DNA of 64,000 nucleotides from assembly GCA_035763525.1 (NCBI GenBank), contig DASUAX010000089.1:884-64883 (forward strand), read 5' to 3'. The notes under the pieces are model-generated. The model did no database searches. It was given only the letters and a program-made list of their open reading frames with translations, and was not told the DNA's origin. A program made the position numbers and the translations under genes. This DNA is from Gaiellaceae bacterium. Its GTDB lineage: Bacteria; Actinomycetota; Thermoleophilia; Gaiellales; Gaiellaceae. Positions 30,016 through 38,266 of the stretch are shown piece by piece. Within the stretch, counting starts at the first letter, position 1. Each line of letters opens with the position of its first letter.

Positions 30016-30750
30016 GTGGCGCTGCTCTCGGTGCGGGACGTCACCCGCCGCTTCGGCGGCATCGTGGCGATCGACGGGGTCTCGCTCGACGTCGAAGCCG
30101 GGAAGATCGTCGGGCTGATCGGGCCGAACGGCGCCGGCAAGACGACGCTGTTCAACGTGATCACGCGGCTCTACAAGCCGGATTCCGGCGAGCTGGACTT
30201 CGACGGCCGGAGCCTCCTGCGGACCCCGCCCCACCGCGTCGTGAGCCGGGGGATCGCACGCACGTTCCAGAACGTCGAGCTCTTCCGCACCATGACCGTG
30301 CTCGACAACGTCCTCGTGGGCGGGCACACGCGTACCCGGCCGTTCCGGAGCCGCGGCGCCGAGGCCCGCGCCCTCGAGATCCTCGACTACGTCGGCATCG
30401 CGGGTGTCGCGCGCCGGCCCGCGGCGGGGCTTCCGTTCGGGACGCTGAAGCGCGTCGAGCTCGCGCGGGCGCTCGTCGCGGAGCCGCGGTTGCTGCTCCT
30501 CGACGAGCCGGCGGGCGGGCTCAACCACGAGGAGGTGTCGGAGCTCGGCACCTTCCTGCGGAAGCTGCGCCACGACTTCGAGCTCACCGTGCTCCTCGTC
30601 GAGCATCACATGGGGCTCGTGATGGGCATCGCCGACCGGATCCACGTGCTCGACTTCGGGCGCAAGATCGCCGAGGGCTCGCCGGAAGAGGTGCAGCGCG
30701 ACCCCGCCGTGATCGAGGCGTACCTCGGCGCGGACACCGCCGCAGCGTGA
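30016..30750 (+). CDS. ABC transporter ATP-binding protein, LivG-like, without adjacent permease
   Basis: GTG 30016 (VALLSVRDVTRRFGG). Walker A GPNGAGKTT, Walker B LLLDEP, and C-terminal VIEAYLG typical of the LivG branch. Confidence 0.85.
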   Translation: MALLSVRDVTRRFGGIVAIDGVSLDVEAGKIVGLIGPNGAGKTTLFNVITRLYKPDSGELDFDGRSLLRTPPHRVVSRGIARTFQNVELFRTMTVLDNVLVGGHTRTRPFRSRGAEARALEILDYVGIAGVARRPAAGLPFGTLKRVELARALVAEPRLLLLDEPAGGLNHEEVSELGTFLRKLRHDFELTVLLVEHHMGLVMGIADRIHVLDFGRKIAEGSPEEVQRDPAVIEAYLGADTAAA

Positions 30751-30763
30751 GCGTTGGCGGTCC

Positions 30764-31507
30764 GTGACGCGCGCCCTCGAGTGGGAGGGGTGCCTGAACG
30801 TGAGGGACCTCGGTGGGGTCGCGCTCGAGGGCGGCGGCGAGACGCGCTTCGGCTCGCTGATCCGCTCCGACAACGTGCGCCGGCTGACCGACGCGGGCTG
30901 GCGCTCGCTGGCCGGTCACGCCGTGACGCGCATCGTCGACCTTCGGTGGTCCGAGGAGCTCGCTGAGGACCCGCCGCGCGACCTCGACGTCGAGGTTGTG
31001 CACGTCTCGCTTCTCGGCGAGCTCGACCCGGATTTCCAGGACGACGTCTTCGACTACATGGCGGCCGACGACCCGGCGGGCTACTGGGCGACGGCGTATG
31101 GGCGCATCGTCGACCGGCACGCAGCCAACTTCGCGCGGGCGCTCGGTGCGATCGCCGATGCGGGGGAAGGAGCGGTCGTCTTCCACTGCGCGGGCGGCAA
31201 GGACCGCACCGGCCTCGTCGCCGCCCTCCTCCTGCGGCTCGCAGGCGTCTCGATCGACGAGATCGCGCACGACTACTCCCTGACGGCCGAGGCGCGTGCG
31301 CGCGGCGCGGACGCCTGGGTCCAGGCGGCGCCGGACGACCGGGAACGGGCCCGTCGCCTCTTCATGCAGAACACGCCGGCCGAGGCGATGCGCCGGGTGC
31401 TCGGCCGGCTCGAGCAGGAGCACGGGAGCGTCGAGGGGTACCTGCGCGCCGCGGGGCTCGACGACGAGCGGCTCGAGCGGCTCCGCGGGCGGCTCCGTCC
31501 GGCCTGA
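30764..31507 (+). CDS. protein-tyrosine/dual-specificity phosphatase family protein
   Basis: 247 aa. N-terminal NVRDLGG and the CX5R active site VFHCAGGKDRTG. Confidence 0.8.
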   Translation: MTRALEWEGCLNVRDLGGVALEGGGETRFGSLIRSDNVRRLTDAGWRSLAGHAVTRIVDLRWSEELAEDPPRDLDVEVVHVSLLGELDPDFQDDVFDYMAADDPAGYWATAYGRIVDRHAANFARALGAIADAGEGAVVFHCAGGKDRTGLVAALLLRLAGVSIDEIAHDYSLTAEARARGADAWVQAAPDDRERARRLFMQNTPAEAMRRVLGRLEQEHGSVEGYLRAAGLDDERLERLRGRLRPA

Positions 31508-31551
31508 GTCGCGGCAGGAGCGCGGGCGTACGGGACGAATGGTCCTGCTCC

Positions 31552-32622
31552 GTGACCCGTCTCGCCGTCATCGCGGCAGTCGCGGCTCTCGCCGCGCCCG
31601 CAAGCGCGCTCGCAGGCGTCAACCCGCAGATCGCCGGGTTGCAGGTCGCGCTGCGCGCGCACGGGCTCTACCTCGCGCAGATCGACGGCATCGCCGGCCC
31701 TCGCACGACCGCCGCCGTCCATGCGTTCCAGCGCAAGCACGGGCTCCCCGTCGGGCTCGCCGACACGCGCACTCGGGTTGCGCTCGGCCCCCTCGGCCGC
31801 CCGCTCTTCGGGTCGCGCGTGCTGCGTCACGGCGACTTCGGGCTGGACGTCGCGGTCCTGCAGTTCCTGCTCACGCGCAACGGGGTCTACACGGGCGCGC
31901 TCGACGGCTACTTCGGCAAGGAGACGGCCGCGGCGCTCCGCCGCTACCAGAAGACGATGCGGCTGCAGGCGGACGCGGTGGTCGGGCCGCGCACGCTGAC
32001 CACGATCGTCCACCGCGACAAGGTGCCGGTGCGCGCAGGAGTGACGGCGTCGCCGGTCGCGGCGCCGCTCGCGGTTCACGTCGTCAAGGTGGGGGACACG
32101 CTGACCGCGATCGCCTCGCGGGCCGGGACGACGATCGCGGCGATCGCCGCGCTGAACAAGATCGACCCGGCGAGGCCGATCGTGATCGGGCAGCGGCTGA
32201 AGCTGCCCTCCCGGTCGGCGGCGCTCGAGCCGGCGCAGAGCGACGTGCGCGCGAGGCTCGACGCATGGTCGTCGCGGCTCGGCGTCGACCAGCACCTGGT
32301 GCGCGCGCTCGCCTGGATGGAGTCCGGGTACCAGACGAGGATCGTCTCGTCGGCGGGTGCGCGCGGGGTCCTGCAGACGCTGCCGACGACACGGAAGTAC
32401 GTCGAGACGGTGCTTGCGGGGCGTGCGATCCCCCGGACGGTCGACGGTGACATCGAGGTCGGCATCCTCTACCTGCGCCACCTGCTGCAGGCTTTCAAGG
32501 GCAACGAGAGCCTCGCGCTCGCGGGCTGGTACCAGGGCGAGCGGGCTGTTCGCGAGCACGGCGTGTACAACGTGTCGAAGCCGTTCGTCGCGAACGTCCT
32601 CGCGCTCCGAACGCGCATGTAG
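31552..32622 (+). CDS. secreted peptidoglycan-binding / LysM / lytic transglycosylase (SLT) protein
   Basis: Signal peptide; two PG_binding_1 repeats (IDGIAGPRTTAAVHAFQ, LDGYFGKETAAALRRYQ); LysM (HVVKVGDTLTAIA); SLT catalytic region (ALAWMESGY...GVLQ). Confidence 0.85.
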   Translation: MTRLAVIAAVAALAAPASALAGVNPQIAGLQVALRAHGLYLAQIDGIAGPRTTAAVHAFQRKHGLPVGLADTRTRVALGPLGRPLFGSRVLRHGDFGLDVAVLQFLLTRNGVYTGALDGYFGKETAAALRRYQKTMRLQADAVVGPRTLTTIVHRDKVPVRAGVTASPVAAPLAVHVVKVGDTLTAIASRAGTTIAAIAALNKIDPARPIVIGQRLKLPSRSAALEPAQSDVRARLDAWSSRLGVDQHLVRALAWMESGYQTRIVSSAGARGVLQTLPTTRKYVETVLAGRAIPRTVDGDIEVGILYLRHLLQAFKGNESLALAGWYQGERAVREHGVYNVSKPFVANVLALRTRM

Positions 32623-33411
32623 ATGACACGGCCCCTGATCGTCGCCCTCGCGCTCGCCGTCCTCGCGCCGGCGGCGCTCGCGGCGTACAGGGGGCCGGAG
32701 CCGTTACGGCCCCACGTGCCGACCGCGGGCGAGCAGCGGCGGGCGATCGCCGAGGTGTCGGCGCGCGGCGAGTCGGTGTCGTGCGGCGGCGGCCGCGGCG
32801 ACGCGGTTGCCCTCACGTTCGACGACGGGCCCGGGCCGTACACGGCTCGGATTCTCGGCGTGCTGCGCCGATACGGAGCGCACGCGACGTTCTTCGTGGT
32901 CGGAAACAGGCTCGCGTACTGGCCCGAGGCGGCGCGAGACGAGGCACGGCTCGGCGACGTCGGCAACCACACGTGGTCGCACCCGGCGCTGACGCGGCTC
33001 CCGCGCTGGCTCGTGTGGCTCGAGTTGATGCGCACGCAGTACGCGGTCGACGAGGACGTGGGCACGAAGCCGCGCCTCTTCCGGACGCCGTACGCGCTGT
33101 ACTCGCCGGCCACGAACGCGGTCGTCCGCAAGCTCGGGCTGCTGCAGGTGTTCTGGGACGTGGACGCGCGCGACGACGTCCGGAACGCGAAGGTGGCGGC
33201 GATCGTCCGGAACGTCGAGCGGGGGCTCCGTCCAGGCGCGATCGTCCTCATGCACGACATCCACCCGTGGACGCTCGCGGCGCTCCCGCGCGTGCTCGCG
33301 GTGATCGGGCAGCACGGCCTCCGCACGGTGTCGGTGGGCGAGCTGCTCGCGCTCGACCCGCCCGCTCCCCGCCAGCGCTGCCCGTACGGGCCGGTCCCCG
33401 CCGGCCCCTGA
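32623..33411 (+). CDS. polysaccharide deacetylase (NodB homology)
   Basis: Signal peptide, TFDDGPGPYT, HTWSHP and LMHD motifs. Confidence 0.9.
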   Translation: MTRPLIVALALAVLAPAALAAYRGPEPLRPHVPTAGEQRRAIAEVSARGESVSCGGGRGDAVALTFDDGPGPYTARILGVLRRYGAHATFFVVGNRLAYWPEAARDEARLGDVGNHTWSHPALTRLPRWLVWLELMRTQYAVDEDVGTKPRLFRTPYALYSPATNAVVRKLGLLQVFWDVDARDDVRNAKVAAIVRNVERGLRPGAIVLMHDIHPWTLAALPRVLAVIGQHGLRTVSVGELLALDPPAPRQRCPYGPVPAGP

Positions 33412-33441
33412 TCGTCCGGTTGCCGGCGTAGCGTCGGATCC

Positions 33442-33879
33442 GTGGCTTCACGGGACCCGCTGCGGCATCTGACGCAGCACGAGCACTTGCGCGGCGCGTT
33501 CGGGAACGACGCGTTCGGCCGCATCGCCGAGCGCTGCGCGCGCTTCTTCGGGACGCCGCAGTACATCGTCGGCCAGTCGGCGATCGTCGTCGCCTGGGTG
33601 ATCGTGAACGCGATCGCCTGGTCGCTCCGCTGGGACCCCTACCCCTTCATCCTCCTCAACCTCGCGTTCTCGACACAGGCTGCCTACGCGGCGCCGCTCA
33701 TCCTGCTCGCCCAGACGCGCCAGGCGGCGCGCGACCAGCTGCACGCCGAGTCGTCCGCGAGGCACGCACAGGAGCTCGCCGAACGGCAGGAGCGGCTGCT
33801 CGAGGAGAACACGCGGCTCACGCAGGAGGTCCACCGGCTCTCCGCCGAGATCCATGCGCGCATCGTCGACGCGGCGTAG
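33442..33879 (+). CDS. DUF1003-family membrane protein
   Basis: 145 aa with WDPYPFILLNLAFSTQAAYAAPLILLAQTRQ and a C-terminal coiled coil. Confidence 0.8.
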   Translation: MASRDPLRHLTQHEHLRGAFGNDAFGRIAERCARFFGTPQYIVGQSAIVVAWVIVNAIAWSLRWDPYPFILLNLAFSTQAAYAAPLILLAQTRQAARDQLHAESSARHAQELAERQERLLEENTRLTQEVHRLSAEIHARIVDAA

Positions 33880-33889
33880 CATCGGCCCG

Positions 33890-34324
33890 GTGCGGGCGCT
33901 TGCCCTTGTCGCGGCCTTCGCCGTCGTGCCCGCTGCGCTCGCAGCGCCGCTCCCGGGTGTGAAGACGCCGTCGCGCAACATCTCCTGCTTCGTCGTCCCG
34001 ATCAAGCCGACGACCCGGAGCGACCTGCTTTGCGACGTCCATCGGGCGTCGTACCTCCGCAAGGTCCAGAACACGTGCATGGCGCGCGTCTCCCTCGACT
34101 GGCACGGGTTCAGCCTGCCGCAAGCCGGCCGGGCGAGCCTCGTCTGCTCGGGCGGGATCCTCTACGACATCGGCCGCGACACGCCGACCTACACCGTGCT
34201 CGGTTACGGCCGCGCGTGGCACTCGCACGGCTTCACCTGCCGCTCGCGCACGACCGGCCTCACGTGCACGAACGGCCACGGCCACGGGCTCTTCCTCTCG
34301 CGCCAGTCGTACCGTCTCTGGTGA
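33890..34324 (+). CDS. hypothetical secreted cysteine-rich protein
   Basis: GTG 33890 gives VRALALVAAFAVVPAALA, a signal peptide. The mature part contains 8 Cys (SRNISCFV..., LLCDV, NTCMARV, LVCSGG, FTCRSRTTGLTCTNG). Confidence 0.55.
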   Translation: MRALALVAAFAVVPAALAAPLPGVKTPSRNISCFVVPIKPTTRSDLLCDVHRASYLRKVQNTCMARVSLDWHGFSLPQAGRASLVCSGGILYDIGRDTPTYTVLGYGRAWHSHGFTCRSRTTGLTCTNGHGHGLFLSRQSYRLW

Positions 34325-34327
34325 GAC

Positions 34328-34921
34328 TCAGTCGAGCTGAGCGAACGCCTGCTCGAACACCGCGCGGGGCTGGGCGCCCGGCACGATCAGCCGCCGGTCG
34401 AGCAGGAACGCCGGGATCCCGGTGACCCCGATCGACTGCGCCTGCGCCGTCAGGCCGTGCACGCGGTCGCGGTAGTCGTCGCTCCCGAGCACGCGCTCGA
34501 CGTCGTCGCCCGGCAGGTCGGAGAGAAGCCGCCGCAGCTCGTCGTGGTCGCCGATATCGGCGCCGTCGCGCCAGTAGGCGTCCATCAGGCGGTCGTGCAC
34601 CTCCTCGTGCCGGCCGAGGTCGCGTGCGAGCTCCGTCAGCCGCAGAGCGTCGAGCGTGCGCGGGACGACCTCGGGGTTCGGCGCGTAGTCGAGCCCCTCC
34701 TCCGCGAATCGCCCGCGCAGGCCCACATGGAAGCGGTCGCCGTAGCGGGCGAGAAGGTCGGCGCGGGGAAGGCCGCCCGGCGGGTATTCCGGGTGCAGGT
34801 CGAACGGGAGCCACGTCACCTCGGCGTCGAACTCGCGCCGGAGCCACTCGGCCAGGGGCTGGCCGAGGCGGCAGAACGGTCAGATGTAGTCCGACCAGAC
34901 GAGCACGTCGTGCGCGGCCAC
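34328..34921 (-). CDS. DsbA/FrnE-like thiol oxidoreductase, selenoprotein candidate (TGA at 34880-34882 read as Sec)
   Basis: The minus frame is continuous: V(34921)AAHDVLVWSDYI-U-PFCRLGQPLAEWLRREFDAEVTWLPFDLHPEYP... and runs to the stop at 34328. The TGA sits exactly where the family has CPxC. The track shows only the downstream 163-aa piece. Alternative GTG start at 34906. Confidence 0.75.
34847..34867 (-). promoter_or_regulatory. candidate bacterial SECIS hairpin for the DsbA-like gene
   Basis: CUCGGCCAG-CCC-CUGGCCGAG: a perfect 9-bp inverted repeat starting 12 nt after the UGA. Confidence 0.45.
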
Positions 34922-34923
34922 GA

Positions 34924-36189
34924 CTACACCTCCAGCGCGAGCAGGTCGTCGAGCGTCTCTCGTCGGCGGATCAGCCGCGCCTCGCCGTCTCCGACGAGCA
35001 CCGCCGCCGGCCGCGGCACCGCGTTGTAGGTCGACGCCATCGCGAGCGTGTACGCGCCGGTCACCGGCACCGCCAGGATGTCCCCGCGCTCGGGCCGCGG
35101 CAGCTCGACGCGCTCGATCAGCACGTCGCCGGACTCGCAGTGCTTGCCTGCGACGGCGTACGCGCCGTCGGGGTCGGCCTCCGCCCTCGTCGCGACCAGC
35201 GCCGCGTAGCGCGCGTTGTACATCGCGGGCCGCGGGTTGTCGGACATGCCGCCGTCGACCGTGACGTACGTCGTCGCCGCGCTCGCACGCTTCACTCCAC
35301 CGACGGTGTAGAGCGTGACTCCCGCGCGCGACACGAGCGAGCGTCCCGGCTCGAGCACGAGCTCCGGCTCGGGGAGCCCCTGCAGCTGCCAGGCGCGCCG
35401 CAACTCGCCGGTCAGCCCGCCGACGAACTCCTCGACGGTGAACGCCGGCTCCTCGAGCACGTGCCGGACGCCGAGCCCGCCGCCGAGATCCACGACGCGG
35501 GGCGTCCACCCGTGCTCCGCGCGCAGGCGCGCCGCGAACTGCGCGACCCAGTCGACCGTCATCAGCGACGCGCCGAAGTGCATGAGCTGCGAGCCCACGT
35601 GCACGTGCAGCCCCTCGCAGTCGGGCAACCGGCCGACGAGCTCGACGGCGTCCTCCGGCGGCAGCCCGAACTTGGAGCCGTGATGGGCGGTCTTCACCGC
35701 CTCGTGCGTGTCCGCCTCGATCCCGGGCGTCACGCGCACCAGGAAGCGCGTGACGCCGGCGTCACGCGCCCGGTCGAGCTCCTCGAGCGAGTCGAGCACG
35801 ACGAGCGCGGTCGCTTCTGCAGCGGCGCGCAGCAGTGCGTCCTCCTTGTTGTTCCCGTGGACGACGACCCTCTCTCCGGTGAGGCCGGCGCGAAGGGCGA
35901 ACTCGAGCTCGCCGGACGTCGAGACGTCGGCCCCGAGCCCCTCCTCGGCGAACAGGCGCAGCACCGCGACGGAGGGAAACGCCTTCGTCCCGTAGACCAC
36001 GAGTGCCCCCGGAGCGGCGGCGCGGTAGGCGCGTGCCTGGCTCCGCAGCGTCTCCTCGTCGTAGACGAGGAGCGGCGTTCCGAACTCGCCGGCGAGCTCG
36101 GACGCGCGTACGCCGCCGAGGAGGAGCTCGCCGTCCTCGACCGCCGTGCCGTCCGGGAAGAGGTCCTTCGTCGTCGCCACGTCAGGCAT
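34924..36189 (-). CDS. lysA: diaminopimelate decarboxylase
   Basis: 421 aa with a YGTKAF region, HVHVGSQ, EPGRSLV, CESGD and full-length family resemblance. Confidence 0.95.
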   Translation of the reverse strand: MPDVATTKDLFPDGTAVEDGELLLGGVRASELAGEFGTPLLVYDEETLRSQARAYRAAAPGALVVYGTKAFPSVAVLRLFAEEGLGADVSTSGELEFALRAGLTGERVVVHGNNKEDALLRAAAEATALVVLDSLEELDRARDAGVTRFLVRVTPGIEADTHEAVKTAHHGSKFGLPPEDAVELVGRLPDCEGLHVHVGSQLMHFGASLMTVDWVAQFAARLRAEHGWTPRVVDLGGGLGVRHVLEEPAFTVEEFVGGLTGELRRAWQLQGLPEPELVLEPGRSLVSRAGVTLYTVGGVKRASAATTYVTVDGGMSDNPRPAMYNARYAALVATRAEADPDGAYAVAGKHCESGDVLIERVELPRPERGDILAVPVTGAYTLAMASTYNAVPRPAAVLVGDGEARLIRRRETLDDLLALEV

Positions 36190-36203
36190 TGTGGCCGACG
36201 CTC

Positions 36204-38150
36204 ATGTTCCGTCGACTCGCGGACCTCACGGACCGCCGGCCGCGCACCATTCTCGCAGCCGCGTTCGCGCTCGCCGTCGTCTCCGCCGCGCTCGGCGCCG
36301 CGACGCCGCGCCACCTGAGCTCGAGCGACGACGACTTCCAGGACAAGAGCGCCGAGAGCTTCCGGACGCTCCGGTTCCTCGCACGCGAGACGGGCGTCGT
36401 GCCCGGGCCGTCGATCGTCGTGGCGGTGCCGCACGAGGGCGTCCGCGTCACCGTCGCGCGCCTCCGTGGCGACCCGGCAATCGCCCGCGTCCGGACGCTC
36501 GGGACTCGGGCAGGCCGCGTGATCGTCGGTGGCTACCTGCGCGAGGGAAGCCGCTCCGGGGCAGCGGCGCGACGCCTGCAGCGGGTGCTTCCCGGCGTCG
36601 TCGGCGGCCCGGCCGTCGCCAGCGAGCAGGTGCGGACGCAGTCCGAGCGCGACCTCTTCCGTGCCGAGCTGATCGCCTTCCCGCTCCTCGCGCTCCTCGG
36701 CATCTGGATCTTCCGCAGCGTGGTCGCCGCGGTGCTTCCGCTCACCGCCGGGATCATGTCGATCGCGACGACGCTCGCCCTCCTCCGCGGCGCGAACACG
36801 TTCGCCCCGATCTCCGTCTTCGCGCTCAACCTCGTCACGGGCGCCGGCCTGGGGCTCGCGATCGACTACAGCCTGCTGCTCGTGTCGCGCTACCGCGAGG
36901 AGCTCGCGCGGGTCGGGCCGGGTCGCGAGGCGCTGCGGACGACGCTCGAGACGGCGGGACGCACGGTTGCCTTCAGCGCCGTCACCGTCGCGGCGGCGTT
37001 CGCGTCGCTGCTCGTCTTCCCGCTCGGGTTCCTGCGCTCGATGGCGATCGGCGGGATCATCGTCGCGCCTTTCGCCGGGCTCGTCGCGCTGACGGTCGTC
37101 CCCGCGCTGTTCGCGCTGCTCGGCACGCGGATCGACGCGCTCTCGATCCGGCGCAGACCGGCGGCCGGCCAGGGAGGCTGGTACCGCTTCGCGCACGCGG
37201 TCATGCGCCGGCCGCTGCCGATCGCGATCGCGACGGCGGCGGTGCTGGTGGCGCTCGGGCTGCCGTTCCTCGGTGTGCGGTTCACCGCGGTGACGGCCGC
37301 CGTGCTCCCGCAGAGCGCGAGCGCACGACAGGTGCAGGAGCTCGTCGGCGGGTCCTCGTCGATGCACGTGCTCGCTCCCTCGCCGTCCGTCGCTGCGACC
37401 ATCCGGGCACTGCCCGACGTCGCCTCCGTCGGCGTGCCGCGCCCGGTGGGCTCGCAATGGACGTTCGATGTCGTGCCGCGAACCGGCGACCTGGCTCCCC
37501 GGACGAAGGAGCTCGTCCGGCGGCTCCGGGCGATGCCCGGAGTCTCCGTCGGCGGGCTCACCGCGTGGTACCTCGACACGTCGCGCTCGCTCGTTCGCCA
37601 CCTGCCGCTCGCGCTCACCGTCCTCGGCCTCGCCGTCGTGGCGCTGCTCTACCTCGTGACGCGATCGGTGATCCTGCCGGTCAAGGCCGTGATCATGAAT
37701 GCGCTCAGCCTCTCGGCCGCGTTCGGGATCCTCGTCTGGATCTTTCAGGACGGGCGCCTCGAGGGCCTGCTGCGCTACCGGAGCGAGGGCGCGCTCGAGT
37801 TGACGCAGCCGGTGCTCCTGTTCGCGATCGCCTTCGGGCTCGCCACCGACTACGGCGTCTTCCTGCTCTCACGGATCCGCGAGGCCCACGAGGACGGGCT
37901 CGAGAACCGCGAGGCGGTCGCGCTCGGCCTCGAGCGCACGGGCCGGGTGGTCACTGCAGCCGCACTGCTCTTCTGCGTCGCCGTCGGCGCGTTCGCGACG
38001 TCCTCGATCGTGCTCGTGAAGCAGATCGGCGTCGGCATCGCCGCCGCGGTCGCGATCGACGCGTCACTCGTGCGCGCGCTGCTCGTGCCGAGCCTGATGG
38101 CGCTCCTCGGCGATTGGAACTGGTGGCGTCCGGGCAGGCGACGTGGCTAG
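36204..38150 (+). CDS. MMPL/RND-superfamily membrane transporter
   Basis: ATG 36204 (MFRRLADLTDRRPRTILAAAFALAVV). Two 6-TM bundles with GLAIDYSLLLVSRYREE and GLATDYGVFLLSRIREA repeats. Confidence 0.9.
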   Translation: MFRRLADLTDRRPRTILAAAFALAVVSAALGAATPRHLSSSDDDFQDKSAESFRTLRFLARETGVVPGPSIVVAVPHEGVRVTVARLRGDPAIARVRTLGTRAGRVIVGGYLREGSRSGAAARRLQRVLPGVVGGPAVASEQVRTQSERDLFRAELIAFPLLALLGIWIFRSVVAAVLPLTAGIMSIATTLALLRGANTFAPISVFALNLVTGAGLGLAIDYSLLLVSRYREELARVGPGREALRTTLETAGRTVAFSAVTVAAAFASLLVFPLGFLRSMAIGGIIVAPFAGLVALTVVPALFALLGTRIDALSIRRRPAAGQGGWYRFAHAVMRRPLPIAIATAAVLVALGLPFLGVRFTAVTAAVLPQSASARQVQELVGGSSSMHVLAPSPSVAATIRALPDVASVGVPRPVGSQWTFDVVPRTGDLAPRTKELVRRLRAMPGVSVGGLTAWYLDTSRSLVRHLPLALTVLGLAVVALLYLVTRSVILPVKAVIMNALSLSAAFGILVWIFQDGRLEGLLRYRSEGALELTQPVLLFAIAFGLATDYGVFLLSRIREAHEDGLENREAVALGLERTGRVVTAAALLFCVAVGAFATSSIVLVKQIGVGIAAAVAIDASLVRALLVPSLMALLGDWNWWRPGRRRG

Positions 38151-38151
38151 A

Positions 38152-38181
38152 ATGCGGACGATGAGTCTGCTCCTTTCGTAG
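38152..38181 (+). promoter_or_regulatory. candidate Leu-rich leader peptide ORF upstream of leuS
   Basis: ATG CGG ACG ATG AGT CTG CTC CTT TCG TAG encodes MRTMSLLLS, with three consecutive Leu codons. A stable hairpin (38186-38218) and a terminator follow. Confidence 0.35.
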
Positions 38182-38221
38182 CGCAGGGAATCCCGCGGCG
38201 ACGCCGCGCCGGTTCCCCACG

Positions 38222-38250
38222 GGCCTCTCCTCTCGAGAGGCCTTTTCATT
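38222..38250 (+). terminator. intrinsic terminator / attenuator hairpin
   Basis: GGCCTCTC-CTCTC-GAGAGGCC followed by TTTTCATTT. It lies 16 nt before the leuS start codon. Confidence 0.6.
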
Positions 38251-38266
38251 TCAGGGACGGTTTTCG

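Noticed and set aside
31508-31551. Possible hairpin or operator upstream of the SLT/LysM gene (GCAGGAGC ... CCTGCTCC).
   Set aside because: On checking, the two segments are not reverse complements of each other, so there is no convincing stem.
38150-38266. T-box riboswitch upstream of leuS.
   Set aside because: The region is only 116 nt. I could not find the conserved T-box sequence (AAUUAGGGUGGUACCGCG-like) or a specifier-loop architecture. A leader-peptide/terminator arrangement fits better.
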